The notes under the pieces are model-generated. The model saw only the letters and a program-made list of their open reading frames with translations. It was not told the DNA's origin and ran no database searches. Both the position numbers and the translations under genes were made by a program. Shown piece by piece: positions 36,701 through 50,700 of a DNA stretch of 64,000 nt. Each line of letters begins with the position of its first letter. Position 1 is the first letter of the stretch. Source of the stretch: Tubiluchus corallicola (taxonomy: Eukaryota; Animalia; Priapulida); assembly GCA_030141605.1 (NCBI GenBank), contig JAQGDQ010000019.1, positions 1,240,001-1,304,000 of the forward strand. The letters run 5' to 3'.

Positions 36701-39700
36701 AAAGCTAAGTATTGCACTTGCCAATGATCTTCTGAATCCTGCAGCCATTTTTGTTAGTACAAGTACATGCATGAGGCTTGAGTAACAGCACTAGTAGTGG
36801 AGGAGCATCTGCAAGCTGCTGTACAATAAGGCATTCACTGTTTATATGGGAATCAAAAACCAGGTTGATAGAAATCATCACACACATATATTACTAAACT
36901 CTTTTATTACAGTAAGCAGAAAATGGCTGTAAGCATACTAAGCGTATGTCCTGCATCTTATGTTGTGGTGCATCTTATATTGCAAAAATACAGTTTTGCT
37001 TGAAGCAAAAGACTTCAGCAGTTATAATTATATGAAATAAATTTTAGAGAAGAATCAACCTTCTAGTCATCTACTGTATAGGTCATATGTTAAAGTAATA
37101 GTAAATTGGTAGTAATGGTAAAATTTGAGCATTTTCATGCAAACTAAAGACTTCCTCTTTATTTTGTAAGAAAATGTGTTGCATGATGTCAACTTTGCTG
37201 GTAACTATAAGTTTTGGCTTTTACAGGTAAAAGCAAAAAATGAGAAAAAACAAGAGTTTGAAGCAGCAGAGTCATGTCCGACTGACATGCAAGATGAAAA
37301 CCTGTATCAAAGAAGAGAACAGGTGGCGCTGTCTCAAACAAGGCCAAGAATTGTTCATAGTCCTCTAGTTGAAAATAGAGATGTGGTCGACAAAACTGAA
37401 AAGAAACACGAGTCAGTGGTTGAAGTACCGCAACCAATACACAGAATTGTACGTGGGTTTATAGATACAAAAGGACTGCCAGTACAAGCCCAAGGATACT
37501 GTACTTCAATACAGAAAATGCGCCCTGATGAGAGATTTAGCCTGCAGTCTAAAGAAGGCATGTCTAAATATAAATACAAGTGCGAATCGACCAGTGACGA
37601 AACAAAACCACAAATGAAACATGAACAAGGCTTGGTGGAAGCAAAACAACCACTGCAAAAATATATGCAAGCTTTTTATAACGAGGAGACAAATTTAGCT
37701 GAAGAATCACGATCGAAAAAGGACTATATACGTGAGTCATCTACGGAAAAAGCATCAGAAGGAAAAAAATATGCAACTCAATCACCAGCTGATGAATCAA
37801 ATTTCAGAAAGAGATACAAGCAGGAAGCATGCAAACGTGTATATGTATCCCCAAAACGTGACCAACCAGTGGACACATTGAATATATGCTATAAGCAGTC
37901 AGATGTGGAAGGAAAGCATCTGATGTATACTAGTTCTCATACAGAACAAAAAGCTGATAGAGACCGCGAAAAGTCAGTGAAGTCTATTACTACCCAAAGA
38001 GAATATTTTGATACTGAAGATCACTGGTGTAAAAGCTGCAATTGTGTGTTAAAGACATATAATGACTTACTAAATCATCTACATAACAGGCAACATTTTG
38101 GGGTATGCTTTTTTGCAACATTTTTTGGTTGTTATTTATAGTCTTAAGGTCTATAGTGCACCCATTTTTCGACAACATATAAACATTGATATAGTGATAG
38201 TAGATAAACATGCAGGCTAATAAATATGAAATGTAATTGTGTTCTAAATGCAAATTTTTAATGGTAACATGTCTTTTATTTCAGAACATGGACAAGCATG
38301 ACATACCTTGGCAGTCTGAAAGAGTAAAAAATCCACCTAAAAGAGACAATAGTATGAAGCTTCTGTTGCCGTTTAAAGGTAAGTTGACTTAAACTGCTTT
38401 GTTTGCTCTTAAAGCATGGGCTGAGAGATTATTCTTTATGGATCGTTCTTTTGAACTTATTATATATAGATTTATCTCATATTAATTATAAGTATCAGTG
38501 GTAAAAACCTGAGAGGTGGTTGCAGAAACGAACATTGCAGTTTAGTCAAGTATGAATCATTAAAGTAAGAAGAGATGTTAAAGATAAATCAAAATGAATT
38601 ATTTTTGTGGATTTCCGAGGTGTAGCCAAGTAAGGGTAGATGTGCACCAAGCAGTTTTCAGAAAGTGGCTTTTGACCCATGGGTCATTTGTTGAAAAGTT
38701 ACCATTTCATTGTGAAGTGCAGTTCCTAGGTAATCACGCAACACAAATTCCATAAAATCAAAATTATAACTTTCACACAAAAGATTTTGAGACTAATTCC
38801 AAACCTATTGTTTTCAAAATCTTCAGTTTCTGATCATGCCAGAACTAATTTAATTTATAACTTTTATCATCTGCAATTTTTCGTTTTTTCATCATTTAAA
38901 CTTTATCATTAATATGAGCTTTCATCTGTGAAATGCATTAAAATTAAGTGATACTGGCAGCAGGCATACTTTAATAATGTCTTTTAATCATCAATACAGG
39001 TCTTGCGAAACGTAGTCATTTTTATCAAAGTGATACTTTATGTTGATATTAACATGTGCTGCTTGAAATTTGTCCTGTTTTTTGTTTTTGCTTAGGCACA
39101 TGTACATCTCCATAAGCTTTGTTACTTGTTTTCTTTTGGCAAAATTAAAATCAAACTAAGAGTATTAAGACAGTTAATGTTTCTTGTTAAAAGGATACTA
39201 CTTATCCTAGTGTGACAAAGAATGACAAATGCCATAAATATGTGAACGTTCTAACTAAGATTAACTGATTAGTTATCGTTACTTTTAAGACTTTTTCATA
39301 AGTAAAGTGGGCAAGAAAGTTATGATCAGTTTTGGGATAGATGTTTACGGGCACTCTCTAAAGCAGTTTTGAAAACCTAGTGCTCTGTTGCTATGCATAT
39401 CCGTAATTTGAAAGTATACGACTATTGTTCTGAAGGTGTTTGGTAAACTGGGATTATTATAATTAACACTGCACTGTCTAGGTGTCAGTTGTATGAAAAC
39501 ATTCATATTTTAAACTACTAAAACCTCATTCTGACAATAGTTCTTTTTACTGTTTTAAGCCATAGGTCAAAAATATATCAAGTGTAAAACTGATTTTGAT
39601 ACTTGTAAAACATAACAAGCGCTTTCACCTTTACCTTGAATAATTTGCAAGATCAGAAATGAAAAATGAGCAGTTATATCAGAAAAAGATTAAAAAAAAT

Positions 39701-42700
39701 AGAATTTAATAATAAAAATCACAGCTGGGGAAATTATAAAATTTTTTGCAAAAAGAAAATACAGCTTTTATTCTTTTCGGGCATAAAATTTGGTTGTTTG
39801 CTTTATATTCATGCAGAAGTGATAAGTATTATAAAAATCAAAGTATTACTTAACCATGAACATCTAGTGAAATTTTTCCAGGGAAATGCCGTTTGAATGC
39901 CAGACTGTAATCACACATAATGATTTTCGAAATTAATTTTGTAGTTTATAGTTATTTATAATAAATGCGTACCAGTACATATTCACTATAACCTTTTCAG
40001 CAATTTTGCCACGATATATTTGCAATCTGTTGTAATAATAAAGACAACGTATTTTTAATCTGTTGAGTATTATTGCCCATTTGCACTAACTTTAGTGCTT
40101 TCACAGGCTTGGTAATGACGGTGCGTCTAAACAGCATTAAATGAGCTTCTGGCTATGAAACTTGCTGCACAAATTTAAATAAAAGGAAAGAGCTTTCTTT
40201 TAACAGGTGCTTTGTTGGTGTGAAAATGCAAGAGAATTATAACATACGGATCATATATGTTAAATACCAAACGTTTTTCACCTTTCTAAGAACCTTTCTT
40301 TGCTTTGTAAGATTTTAAGGCAATTCTGAGGGACTCGGTTTATGAGTAAATTAATTGCTTTAGTTAAAGTCATGCAAAAAGATAAAAAATCTGCCTTTAT
40401 ATGTGCATTAGGTCAAACTGATTTGTTTTATGTATCAGTGCAACCTATATCTGGTTGTTGGGCTCACAAAATATAAAGAATATGATGAATTTTTGCGACA
40501 ATTTTTGACAGGGGCAGAATTTCTTATGCCGATTAATGGTTTTTACTGTCGCTTGTGTAAGACATTTTTGGGCGACAACCCTTGCGCGGAAGATCATATT
40601 AAATCTCAAGAGCACAATAATATGTATGAGGTAAGTTCAAAAGTGAAATTTTCTTGAATTGTTTTTGCTGCGTTTTTTCTATGCTAGTTTATTTTTGCTT
40701 ATTTTTGGCTACGTTTTTCTACAAATCATTCACAGATAGGTAAACATTTTTTTAAATAAGAAATTTTTTTATTTATGCTAAAAATAAAGGTAATGAAATC
40801 TCTGTGCTACTATCTCATTCTCGATTTAACTGATAGTGTAAGATAACAAGCAAAAGCTAAAAACTTACAAACGTGAAACAACCAAACACTTGTATATATT
40901 CTCGTGTGTGCGCAAATGTTTCCAAACAAGGGTGGTATTAAAAATGTGTGGCCTTTTTCAGAAATATGCACATGAAAACCCGTATTATGAGAAGAGATAT
41001 GAGTTGGAAAAAGCGACTGGCATGGCTGAGTTTCAGGCTGCCAAACAGAAACAAGAAGAGACATCCTTAAAGTTATATGAACAGCAGAAAAAAGTTAAAG
41101 AAACACAATCAGTAGTTGAAAGGGTTAGAAAAGTTTCAAAATCATTAGATGATAATAGTGATGATGATGCTGATGATGATAGCAATGTGAAAAGTCTTGA
41201 AAAGTCTGAAGAATCAAAGGTACATTCTATAACAAAACCAAATACAGAAGCTCGAAGATTAGCAAACAAAAGTAAAACTGTGGGTCGAAAAGAAAGATTT
41301 GATTATGCAACAGGAATCAGAATCACATTAAACAAAAAAGATGAACGAAAACTGCAACTTTCCGCATTGCCACAAGATGTGTCATCTTCTGAATCGGAAA
41401 GTGATTTTCAACCAAAAGTAAGAAAAATATATCGTAATAGAAGCAATAGAAGTCCAGAAAGTAGTAAAAGCATGGAACGTAGCAGAAGCAGAGAATACAG
41501 TAGAAGCAGAAAGCACAGCAGATGCAGAGAACACAGCAGATCCAGTGATTATAGCAGTAGTGAACGCAACAAGAGACATCACAGCAGAAGTGCAGAACGT
41601 TACAAAAGCAAGGAACGTAGCATAAGTAGGGAATCTAGAGACTCTAATGCATGTAAAGACCATGTTGCATTCAAGACCAAAATTGAGCAGGGCAGTAAGC
41701 AAAGTTCAACATTGAACGAATATACAAGACAAGTTGAAAACGATCCTAGTGGATATAGACAGCGCGAACGTGAACGGCGAAAGGCAGAAGAAAAGCAAAA
41801 AATCGAACAATGCAAAGAAGATGAAAAGCATAAAGGTGATGTGCCAAAAAAGCAAGACGGAAGAATATCTATCAAGTTCATAACAGGGAAAATGAGAGCC
41901 AAAAGGCTTCCTCAGGCTCAGAAAATGGCAGCAAGTGTTGCTGCTTCAAGCTCTGTACCAACCTACCCAAGAAACACTTTAAAATCCACAGAAACTAAGC
42001 CCACTGTTGATAAATTTCTTTCACTAAATAAGCCAAATGAAACTCAAGGACTGCCGTTACACAAAGATTCAATGTTGCATTCACCCATTAAGTCAGTCAA
42101 TCAGAATGCCAGTAAATTGTTAACAAGTACTGCTGGTGCTAGTCCGGTATCTCCTTATGAAAGGAAAGCACATTTACCCACTCCTCATCCCTTGGATAGG
42201 TTTCAGTCTGAAAGCCACTACAAGGTTACAACAACTTTTGCATCAGCAACGCATGTGTCACAGTTTCCCAGGAACACTTTGTATCCCAAAGGTAACTCAG
42301 TTCAAAATACATCTTTGTCTCTCAACCAATCAGCTAAAATTCCGTCACCATCTGTAATTGAAAAAGAACCGGTACTTCACCTTCCAAAATTTCAGATTAA
42401 AGGAATTGAACAAGAAATCTTCAAGCCCAATACTACCCAGAGTATTTCCCTACCACTTGAACCGCCACCACCTGGTACAATGCCAGTTAGTGTGCCACCA
42501 AAAGACCCGCAACAACAACTCGATGATTTGTCTGTACAAATTTGTGCTCCCGTTGAATCAAGTGGCTTTTACTGTCGAATGAAGCCCAATAGCAGCTTAC
42601 AAGAACCTGAACAAACAATTTCAAGTTCATTAGCAAAAGCTGAGCAAAAGAAACAACGATTCAGTAAGAAAGAAGCTTATGAAGAGCCATTGCCACCTGG

Positions 42701-42845
42701 CTTAGATCTGGAAGACGGTGAACCACCCCCACCTGGTACCGAACTATTAAGCGGGCAAGAGATTTTGGCTAGCGATGAGATTGAGCATCCTGAAATTGAT
42801 GGTAATGATTATTTTCTTGATCATATAATCACTAAACAGAGCTGA
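30465..42845 (+). CDS. ZNF318: Zinc finger protein 318-like (RS-rich, coiled coil, two matrin/U1-type zinc fingers; about 1848 aa). Coding exons 30465-30797, 30914-30955, 34238-36436, 37227-38102, 38285-38378, 40512-40630, 40962-42845
   Basis: ZNF318 hallmarks: PKSILKK, IEDEETFLYG, LQSIG, coiled coil LRKHQGELMR...DGHKDP, YFDTEDHWCKSCN..LLNHLHNRQH, D..D.PW, KGAEFLMPINGFYCRLCKTFLGD...HIKSQEHN, KY..ENP.YE. All junctions are GT-AG and phase-consistent (5547 nt in total). Exons 1-2 are less certain. Confidence 0.88.
34238..36436 (+). CDS. ZNF318: ZNF318-like large exon
   Basis: Inside ORF 34136-36448. Acceptor TTTTTACAG, donor GTATGT. Confidence 0.9.
37227..38102 (+). CDS. ZNF318: ZNF318-like exon with first zinc finger
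   Basis: Inside ORF 37176-38141. HWCKSCNCVLKTYNDLLNHLHNRQH. Donor GTATGC. Confidence 0.9.
38285..38378 (+). CDS. ZNF318: ZNF318-like linker exon (NMDKHDIPW...LLPFK)
   Basis: Acceptor TTTTATTTCAG, donor GTAAGT, correct phase. Not in the ORF track. Confidence 0.88.
40512..40630 (+). CDS. ZNF318: ZNF318-like exon with second zinc finger
   Basis: GAEFLMPINGFYCRLCKTFLGDNPCAEDHIKSQEHNNMYE. Donor GTAAGT. Confidence 0.92.
40962..42845 (+). CDS. ZNF318: ZNF318-like last coding exon
   Basis: Inside ORF 40890-42845. Acceptor CTTTTTCAG, begins KYAHENPYYEKR, contains RS repeats and PPPG motifs. Confidence 0.88.
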   Translation, partial: KYAHENPYYEKRYELEKATGMAEFQAAKQKQEETSLKLYEQQKKVKETQSVVERVRKVSKSLDDNSDDDADDDSNVKSLEKSEESKVHSITKPNTEARRLANKSKTVGRKERFDYATGIRITLNKKDERKLQLSALPQDVSSSESESDFQPKVRKIYRNRSNRSPESSKSMERSRSREYSRSRKHSRCREHSRSSDYSSSERNKRHHSRSAERYKSKERSISRESRDSNACKDHVAFKTKIEQGSKQSSTLNEYTRQVENDPSGYRQRERERRKAEEKQKIEQCKEDEKHKGDVPKKQDGRISIKFITGKMRAKRLPQAQKMAASVAASSSVPTYPRNTLKSTETKPTVDKFLSLNKPNETQGLPLHKDSMLHSPIKSVNQNASKLLTSTAGASPVSPYERKAHLPTPHPLDRFQSESHYKVTTTFASATHVSQFPRNTLYPKGNSVQNTSLSLNQSAKIPSPSVIEKEPVLHLPKFQIKGIEQEIFKPNTTQSISLPLEPPPPGTMPVSVPPKDPQQQLDDLSVQICAPVESSGFYCRMKPNSSLQEPEQTISSSLAKAEQKKQRFSKKEAYEEPLPPGLDLEDGEPPPPGTELLSGQEILASDEIEHPEIDGNDYFLDHIITKQS

Positions 42846-44251
42846 TTTTTATGTTGTTTGATCACTTTAGTTAATTTGCATTGCATGAGTCATTATTGCA
42901 TTTAATAGATCAGATTATTACCAGTAGACTCTTTAACTAATCTTGTACCACAGTGGATAACTGGTCCAAATTTCTTAGTGAATCATGTAGTATTTTTAGC
43001 AGTAAGAAAATGGTAGAAATTTTGAAATGAAATTGGCACCTTGGGTTTAATCATTATACTTTTTTAGATGTTGAAAGTGAAGGAAGTGGGATAAGCATGT
43101 ACATGGGAAGTGATACAGAAGAAACTTAGGTAACACTGAATGTTGAACTTGACAGGAGGTTGCAGACTAGAATTATTGCATTACTAAGCAATAATTGCAC
43201 TGTAGCTGTAAAAAACTATTTTCTGCAACATTATTTCATGGCAATTTCTTGTACATAATGTATTTGGTAAAGTAGAAAATTGTGTGTTTTCTTTTTGTGT
43301 TTTGGCTTTATACACTTAACATCACAACACCAAACACTGACAAAATGAGACTTCTGGCTATTGAGCAAAGCTGTTATTGTTACAGCTGTGATTCACCAAT
43401 GCTAAATTTGTCAGAGTTGCTTTTGATCACTTTTACTTCAAGCTTTCTTCCACGTTTTTTGAATATAGACGTGTTTCACAATTGAAGAAACTACCTTGCC
43501 AAGGGGATAAATTATGGCTTACCACAGCGATTTATGTAATATACTAATTAACTACTTGGCTGTAGTGTGTGATCCCGTGCAAAAAAGACTGTTAGACAAC
43601 TCAATGCATGTACCATGATCAGTATTTTGCTGCTATTTAATGAGCTGGGCAAATTTACATTTTTCAAGTATTAGTAACAGTAATTATTCTAATATGGTTT
43701 TACTAATGTGGTTTACTAATACTCTGGTATCAAAAATTTATTATAGTTTAAAGTTGGTTTCACCATTTAAGAGTCATGTGATTATTGAATAGTGTCACTT
43801 TGCAAAGAGTGATTAACATTTAACTTTCATATGAAGGTTCCAGATACCATATGATAGATACCCGATCAAAACAGTGCAGCTGAATGAGTTTAATTTACAG
43901 TTATTTGATTTTGATTGTTAACATTTGCATGTTGTACATAGCTTAAACTTTATATTATAATTATCCAACATTTCATCTTCATAGATTTGTGTTTGTTTAT
44001 GGGCATTCTAGTCGTAGTTTGGGAGCTAACTTACCTCAAAGGATTTGATTTTTGAGTTCATACTCTTTCCTGGGATTACATTGCTGGAAACCTAATCCTT
44101 TATTTAAAATGGTGATTAAACATGCTTGAGTATTGAAACTTCATGTAAATCAAGTTTTATAGATTATATCATTAATTTTTTTATATTGTAAAACGATGAT
44201 CGTGACCATATGTCACATCTTCACTAGATTTGGCATACACGAGATTATTAG

Positions 44252-44500
44252 ATACCATGGCTGCAGCATTGTAATAATTGCATGGAGCACTGACCTTAAA
44301 TTATGATATGCGTGCAATGAGCTGCGAATTCTTTTTCAGTCTACTGGTTTGCGTAACATAAGTGTTTTATATATTATATACCATGGCTGCAGCATTGTAA
44401 TAATTGCAAGGAGCACTGTCCTTAAATTATGATATGCGTGCAATGAGCTACGAATGCTTTTTCAGTCTACTGGTTTGCGTAACATAAGTGTTTTATTATT
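44252..44500. repeat. 126-bp tandem duplication
   Basis: ATACCATGGCTGCAGCATTG...CATAAGTGTTTTAT starts at 44252 and again at 44378, with a few substitutions. Confidence 0.9.
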
Positions 44501-47244
44501 ATCTGCAGAGTTCTTATGTGTGAGGGTGTTTGCGTGTGTGGATTCCACTTTTATTTGCAGTGGTAGTAGGGTGTACCATTCACGTGATGTTTCTAGGAAT
44601 TTTATTGTGGAATGGTGGTACTATATGGTGTCACCCATCTGGTGTATGTAGCAGCTGTTAACAATACTCCATTTCATTTCTGCATGTAAAATATTTTTAG
44701 ATTCATCTTTACCTCGTTAACATGACAAAACGTCAAAATCATTAATTTGTTTAAAATTTGACTTCATATTATACATAATGTGAAGATATATATGTGTTGC
44801 TTCTGCCTTATTAATTTCATAAATTGGAACAAACTATTTAAGAAGCTTTACATCTAACTGCAGAGAAACTATATAAAATGAGTTGCGTTAACCTAACCAC
44901 TGACAGTTTTGTCAAAGTTAATGCTTGGTATTTTTGTTTGGGTAGACTTTGGTTGTTGAATTATCAATGATGGGAAAATCGGTTTAGCTAGATGCTCTGT
45001 AAATATTGTTATTATAGCATTGCGGCAGGCAAGGGCGCAACTTATTTTAGCATTGCAGCCGGCAAGGGCACAACTATTGTCTGTGGTTAAACTTTGGATG
45101 AGTTTAAAAAATGATTTAGCCAAACTGCGCGTTTAGGTAATTCTTATTGCTAATTGAGTTTTTCGAATTAAAATTGTTCTAGGATTATTATAACAATTAT
45201 ATCCTGTATATAATTATATTACAGGCAACAATCTTGCCCATTTTTTGTATTACAATATCATGTAGCTACTACTGTATCATGTGTTTTGATGAATACACAA
45301 ACAATTTTTTTGTTGCTGTGAGTAATATGCAGTTGTCAAATATTATCTGCTTTCAGTATGACTTTACAAACTTACTGCATGCCTTGCATTCTTTGTGGCT
45401 GATTCTACTGTTCATTTATCTCAAGGTTCTTTTTTCCAAACTTTTCCTTCATTATGTGTGATGGTTGAACAACGAAATGTCTTTCGTAATAGTGAAAATT
45501 AAGAGTGATTGATATCAGTTGTCTGACAATTGCTTGCATGAGTCAGACAATATGATATCATACAATTGAACTGGATCGACAGGCATCAGAGCATGGAACA
45601 GAATGCTGATACAATGATTAATCTACATTTATCTGCCTGTGCTTAAAGCAGTGCTGAAGGCATTTTTATGCGGCTTTATCTGAAATGTTTTTATGGTTAT
45701 AATAATAGTACTGAAACAATTATTATAATTGCAAAAGTGCACGAAAATTGCTCAGTATCATGATAAAAATCAATACTTATTAATAATAATAATTTCTAAC
45801 CTGGACTAAATATAGTTTTCATGAAATTTAACCATAAAGGTTAATTATTATCTTCAATCGCTGTATGTGCATTAACTCGGATAGTTATAGCTGGCAGCTC
45901 ATTTGTAGGTCACACATTTAATTTGTGGCACACTATTCGTACAACCTAATGCGTCACCATAGTTTATACAGGTCTCGTGGTTTCTATACAGCTATACACT
46001 TCATTTTTATATCCGATCATACTTTGCCTCCAGAACTGCTTTAAAGCAAATCAAACACCATTACAGGCAGAGTGTGAACAGAATATCAATGTTGGACAAA
46101 TTTTTTTAGCTAAAATAAATTGCGTTTCGTTTTTACAAATTTATACATTCGATTCTTCAATAGTATTTATTTATATTTTTCTTTGCTCTTACCATGTTTG
46201 GTAAAATAACACCAGTTTTTGTGACATAGAGCTTAAGTACCCTAGCATGAATTCAAACAGATCGAGGATGTCATTGTCTCTATCCTTGCCCTACGGGATA
46301 TTTTACATGTACAGTAGGCATGCCTGGTTGTCAAATTGATCAGAAAGTTATGATTAGAATTATATCATTTTTATATGCCTGTCTACTGTACAGGATAACA
46401 TATTTTTTTATGATTAATCTATATCATTTAGTCTTTTAAGTTGCTAAAGCTAAAATTATGTAAAGTATCCAAAGAACTGTGTCATTAACTAATTGCAAAT
46501 ACTGTGTAGAATACTATGCTGTAAAAAGTTATAAAAAGTATGGTGTTAGGCTCGAACCCTCCCAAACCATAGAATCAAATTGAAGTTTTCTTTATCTAAG
46601 CAGTCGCTGCTTGAAAATTGCCAAAGTTGCTACTATACATGGATAAAATTTCGTTAAATGACTAGAAGCATTTGTTTCGTGTTTAAACATGGCACAAGTG
46701 ACCAGTGACCATGAGATCTAGATTCATTGAAGGCCAACTAAGTACTTTCACAAAAAAACGGAATTCGTTGAGCGCAATTAACAAACAGGCAACAATCTGG
46801 ATCTGTAAGGCATAAACTACAAACTCCAATAACTTAATCTGATTTTGTCAGATTGCCAAATTTTATACTGAGGTGCTTCGCCTGGTCACATAATTTGTAT
46901 TTGTGTTGCACTGCTCTTATGTATGGGAGAGGAGCATTGTGTTTTACACAACGCCATTATGTAACACTTGGGTGGATTAAATGTAACTCCAGGTTTCTGC
47001 CCACTTGTCTGTTCAAATGAAACTTCATTTTATACAGAAAAAAATCCCATGTACAAGGCAGTCACATTCGCGTAACCTAATAGTTGTGACAGGTGAGACC
47101 TGATGAGGGAGATCATTTATGAAAATTAGGAAGAATAGTGGACCTAAACAGACTTTCACTACTCATAACGCCATCCATTTCACCTTTGTCCTAACAGAAA
47201 AGAGGTCATTGCCCAACGGATCTAGACCCAACATACCTAACAAC

Positions 47245-47615
47245 TACGGATGAGCATCAAACGTTTGAGTTTGATTCAAACACGTTTTTTTAATTCGAGT
47301 TCGATTCGAAGCTAGAATTATACATTCAAAAATTCAGCACTTCAGCCACCTAGGTTCTTTTGTCATTAAAACGTTTTAAAAATTGCACAATTAGCGCAAT
47401 TTCGTAACAATTTTTTGTGCGCAATTTTTAAACTAATTATTAGTGGTTTTGTTGCAAGACAAAATCGAGTAATAGGGCCTATGCAGGGCTCGAAAACTCA
47501 TTCGAAAATCTTTCAAACTCAATTCGAATTCGAAATACTGAAATTCTGTTTGATTCGATTTCGAAAGTCCCAAATTCGATTCGATTCGATTTCTGGTAGA
47601 GAATGCTCACCTGTA
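47245..47615. mobile_element. hAT-type MITE rich in TTCGAA motifs (copy 2, opposite orientation)
   Basis: TIR TACGGATGAGCAT / ATGCTCACCTGTA with a perfect 8-bp TSD CTAACAAC. Fragments also at about 25095-25210 and 25720-25780. Confidence 0.85.
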
Positions 47616-48582
47616 CTAACAACCTGCAAGAAGAGCTGAGTGGCACAAACTAACAAGAAACTGTTTGTGACAAAACAATAAATAGAATATTCTGTTATAG
47701 TATCCGAAGTAAATATGGTATACGAATGGTACGTGGTACAAACTGGACAGGAAAAAAACAGGCACAAATGGAAAAATTTTGGCTTCAGATAATTGGTGAT
47801 ACGTTTGATTAAAAGAAACACAAAACAAAGATAAACATACAAAAAATATACCTGTATAAGTATTATATAGACTAACAAAATACTCGCATTAATTAAACAG
47901 AATTATAATCGATAATGCACGAACATTCCACTTAGCATTTGTCTGCTTGTCTTTAACCATTTGGCAACTGACTATATGTTATAGAAAGCATTTTCCATGC
48001 AGAATTTGTGTATGTAGAACCTGGAACCAACTCGCAGTTTTTTGTCCTGGTGGAGATAATAAAAAATTACTCTATCTTATAGCCAAGTCGTCCTCTTTCC
48101 AAATACATAGCTATAACACTCTTTCTAAGACCTCCACGAAATTCTTGATGAATTTTTTAGCGCGCTTAGTTTGATTAAATTTTGTGAAAAAGGGCAAAAG
48201 ATGCCTATTTTGATCGCTTTTACCCCTTCACCTGTCCAGGACCTCTTTCTTGTCTCCTACCCACATTTTCCAGCACAGATCGTGGAAATCTGTTAACTGA
48301 GTAGTTATTGCATAATAGGTTTACTGTGTAACAGACAAAAAGGAATAAACAAACGAACTGCGTTGAATCATAGCTTCCTTGGCAGACTGTGAAATAAAAC
48401 TAAATAAAATAATTATACACAACAGTAACTGTAACCCACATGTTTATTGTTTCAACTATAATATTATCATTTTTGTCGTACGGCGACACTTTTGCTCATT
48501 TTTCACGACTATGCAATTTAACACACTGCCTTTGTTTGACTGTGGCGCCACAGGGCCTTCAGAGAGGTTTTGAAAATAAATA

Positions 48583-49322
48583 CCATAAGTCGTTGCTTAA
48601 CGCGATGCTAATGCATTCTAGCAAAATGTGACGTTAAGTGAAACTTCGTTAAGCGAAACCAAGACTTCCATAGAAAGTAATGTAAGAGAATTGGGATACG
48701 TTCCAGAGGCAAAAATCAATACTGCTTAAATCATATAAATTAAATAGTTTATGAGTTTTACTCATATTTCTACTGATTAATTTCTTTCTGCTTGCTTGAA
48801 ACCACCTATATATCTTACATAACCAAGTAGTGGTTTCTCTTTAGTTGACGCTTAACTTTTAAGTCTAGGCAGTGGTTAAACAATAAACACTACAGCACTG
48901 TCAAAGCTAATACCTGGGGCGACCTTGGGAATTTATGTAGAAACTTAGTACCCGCAGTCTGATAACAACAGGTTGCAGGCAAAATTCCTTCGCATAAAGT
49001 TTGCTCCCAGGTCTCACTTGTACAAATAGCTAGCTGTTAGTGGTCAGTAGGGAAACAAAGAAATTTGTACTTATATAATAACTGCAGTGTTTGCATTAAT
49101 CGTGCAATTTATATTAGAAAAGAATAATGCAGTACATGCTTTAAGGCACCAAATAAAGTAAAAAAGTTATAAAGTAATAAAATAAAAATTGACTGCGCAA
49201 AGCAAAAAACCGTCATCAAAGCGAAACTGTGTGTCGTTAAGTGAAAAAAGGTGTCAAATGTTCAGCATTGATAAAACGAAACAAACGAAATAATCAGGGA
49301 GTCATTAAGCGAGGACTTGCTG
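48583..49322. mobile_element. Degenerate Tigger-like Tc1/mariner MITE
   Basis: TA-CCATAAGTCGTTGCTTAA ... TTAAGCGAGGACTTGCTG-TA with CGTTAAG(C/T)GAAA subterminal repeats. Confidence 0.6.
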
Positions 49323-50185
49323 TAATACAATAAAATTTATGTATTGCCCTGTTACAATAAAATTGTTCGATGTACTTTACAAAAATGTGTATAACGCTTA
49401 TTTCTAAACACTCAAAAATTTAAAAATTACAAAGATACAAATTCATCTTAAAATATATGCACAATAAAACACAATCATCTATTGGTCTAAACTGTATTTA
49501 TTAGAATGGATATATACATGATCATTAACAATTATGGAATAGCACTAAGTGATGAGCTAGCTAACATGTTTTTCATATGCAACCTATATAAAAGCCTCTC
49601 ATATTAAGGCAGATGCGACTTGTAGTGCTAGGAAATGCAATAGATTGGTGAGATTATGAGTTTTAGATGAAACTAAAATTATAACAGCGGCACATCATTA
49701 ATAATTGAGAATGTTGGTGCAAATTTCATTTTCAGACCTCATTTAAAAATATTCAGTACGTTGTCAGTATCACACTGTCTTAATGGCAACTTATTCCATA
49801 ATTTTGGATCTACATATAATCAAAAAGTCCCGTCACCAGCATAGACACAGGCGTGATTTAGCTAGGTACACAGATTAATCACAGAATACTAGTAATTTTA
49901 ATGCTTCTGTGTTTCTCACGTGTTTTTTCCGAGTGCTCAATTGGACCTTTTCAGTGTGATACACTCTCCATGAATAATATTTTACAAATTCGTTTTTAAA
50001 TTTTGCATCACTTACATGCTACGTACCTTATTGCAGACAAGGCTTGCATTAGCAATAACTCATTATAAAACTTCTAAATATAAACTCCCTCAATGACTGT
50101 TAGGTGTAGCCATTTTGAAGGTAAGCCGTTTTAAATTATGCCATATATCTATATAATAATTGTAAATATATGTCACTCACACTAC

Positions 50186-50189
<4 letters not shown>

Positions 50190-50226
<37 letters not shown>

Positions 50227-50242
50227 CGTGCGTGCGTGTGTG
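50190..50242. repeat. (TG)n/(TGCG)n microsatellite
   Basis: Read directly from the sequence. Confidence 0.9.
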
Positions 50243-50359
50243 TACATGTAGTTGGAACAATATAATATAATATATGTAGGCGACAATATAATATTACACG
50301 TAGTCAGGAACCTGGTTGTTGAGTCTTGGATTACTATAATAAAATTTTGCATGTTATTG

Positions 50360-50700
50360 TCTGTTCAAGTGACAGTGTCAGTGAGTATTAAATCAGGTGT
50401 AACAAAGTTCTTGATAGCAATAACAAGACGAGTTGCTGAACGTTCTAGTAGTTCAGTCCAGTTGCAATTAGCCATATGATAATCAGGTAATTCAGTTAGA
50501 AAGCTATTACAATAATCAAGTCTGGTTGATATAAGTGCACGCACAAGTGTTTTAGCAGATGATCTAGTTAAAATCATCTAATATGGTGACGGTTATGCAA
50601 ATGATAAAATCCACATTTGCAAAGTTGATTATAAATTATGTTGATTAAAAAAACATAATTAAGATCGAAAGTTATTACCAGGTTTTTGGAGGTTTAACTA
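50360..50700 (-). mobile_element. Decayed L2-clade LINE fragment
   Basis: AKTLVRALISTRLDYCNSFLTELP in ORF 50365-50577 is the typical L2 ORF2 motif after the RT domain. Confidence 0.75.

Noticed and set aside
47098-47125. Hammerhead ribozyme core (CTGATGA...GAAA)
   Set aside because: Stem II and the flanking stems do not pair.
47245-47615. TTCGAA arrays as heat-shock elements or a CRISPR-like array
   Set aside because: Spacing is not nGAAnnTTCn and there is no repeat-spacer regularity. They are subterminal repeats of a hAT MITE with TIRs and an 8-bp TSD.
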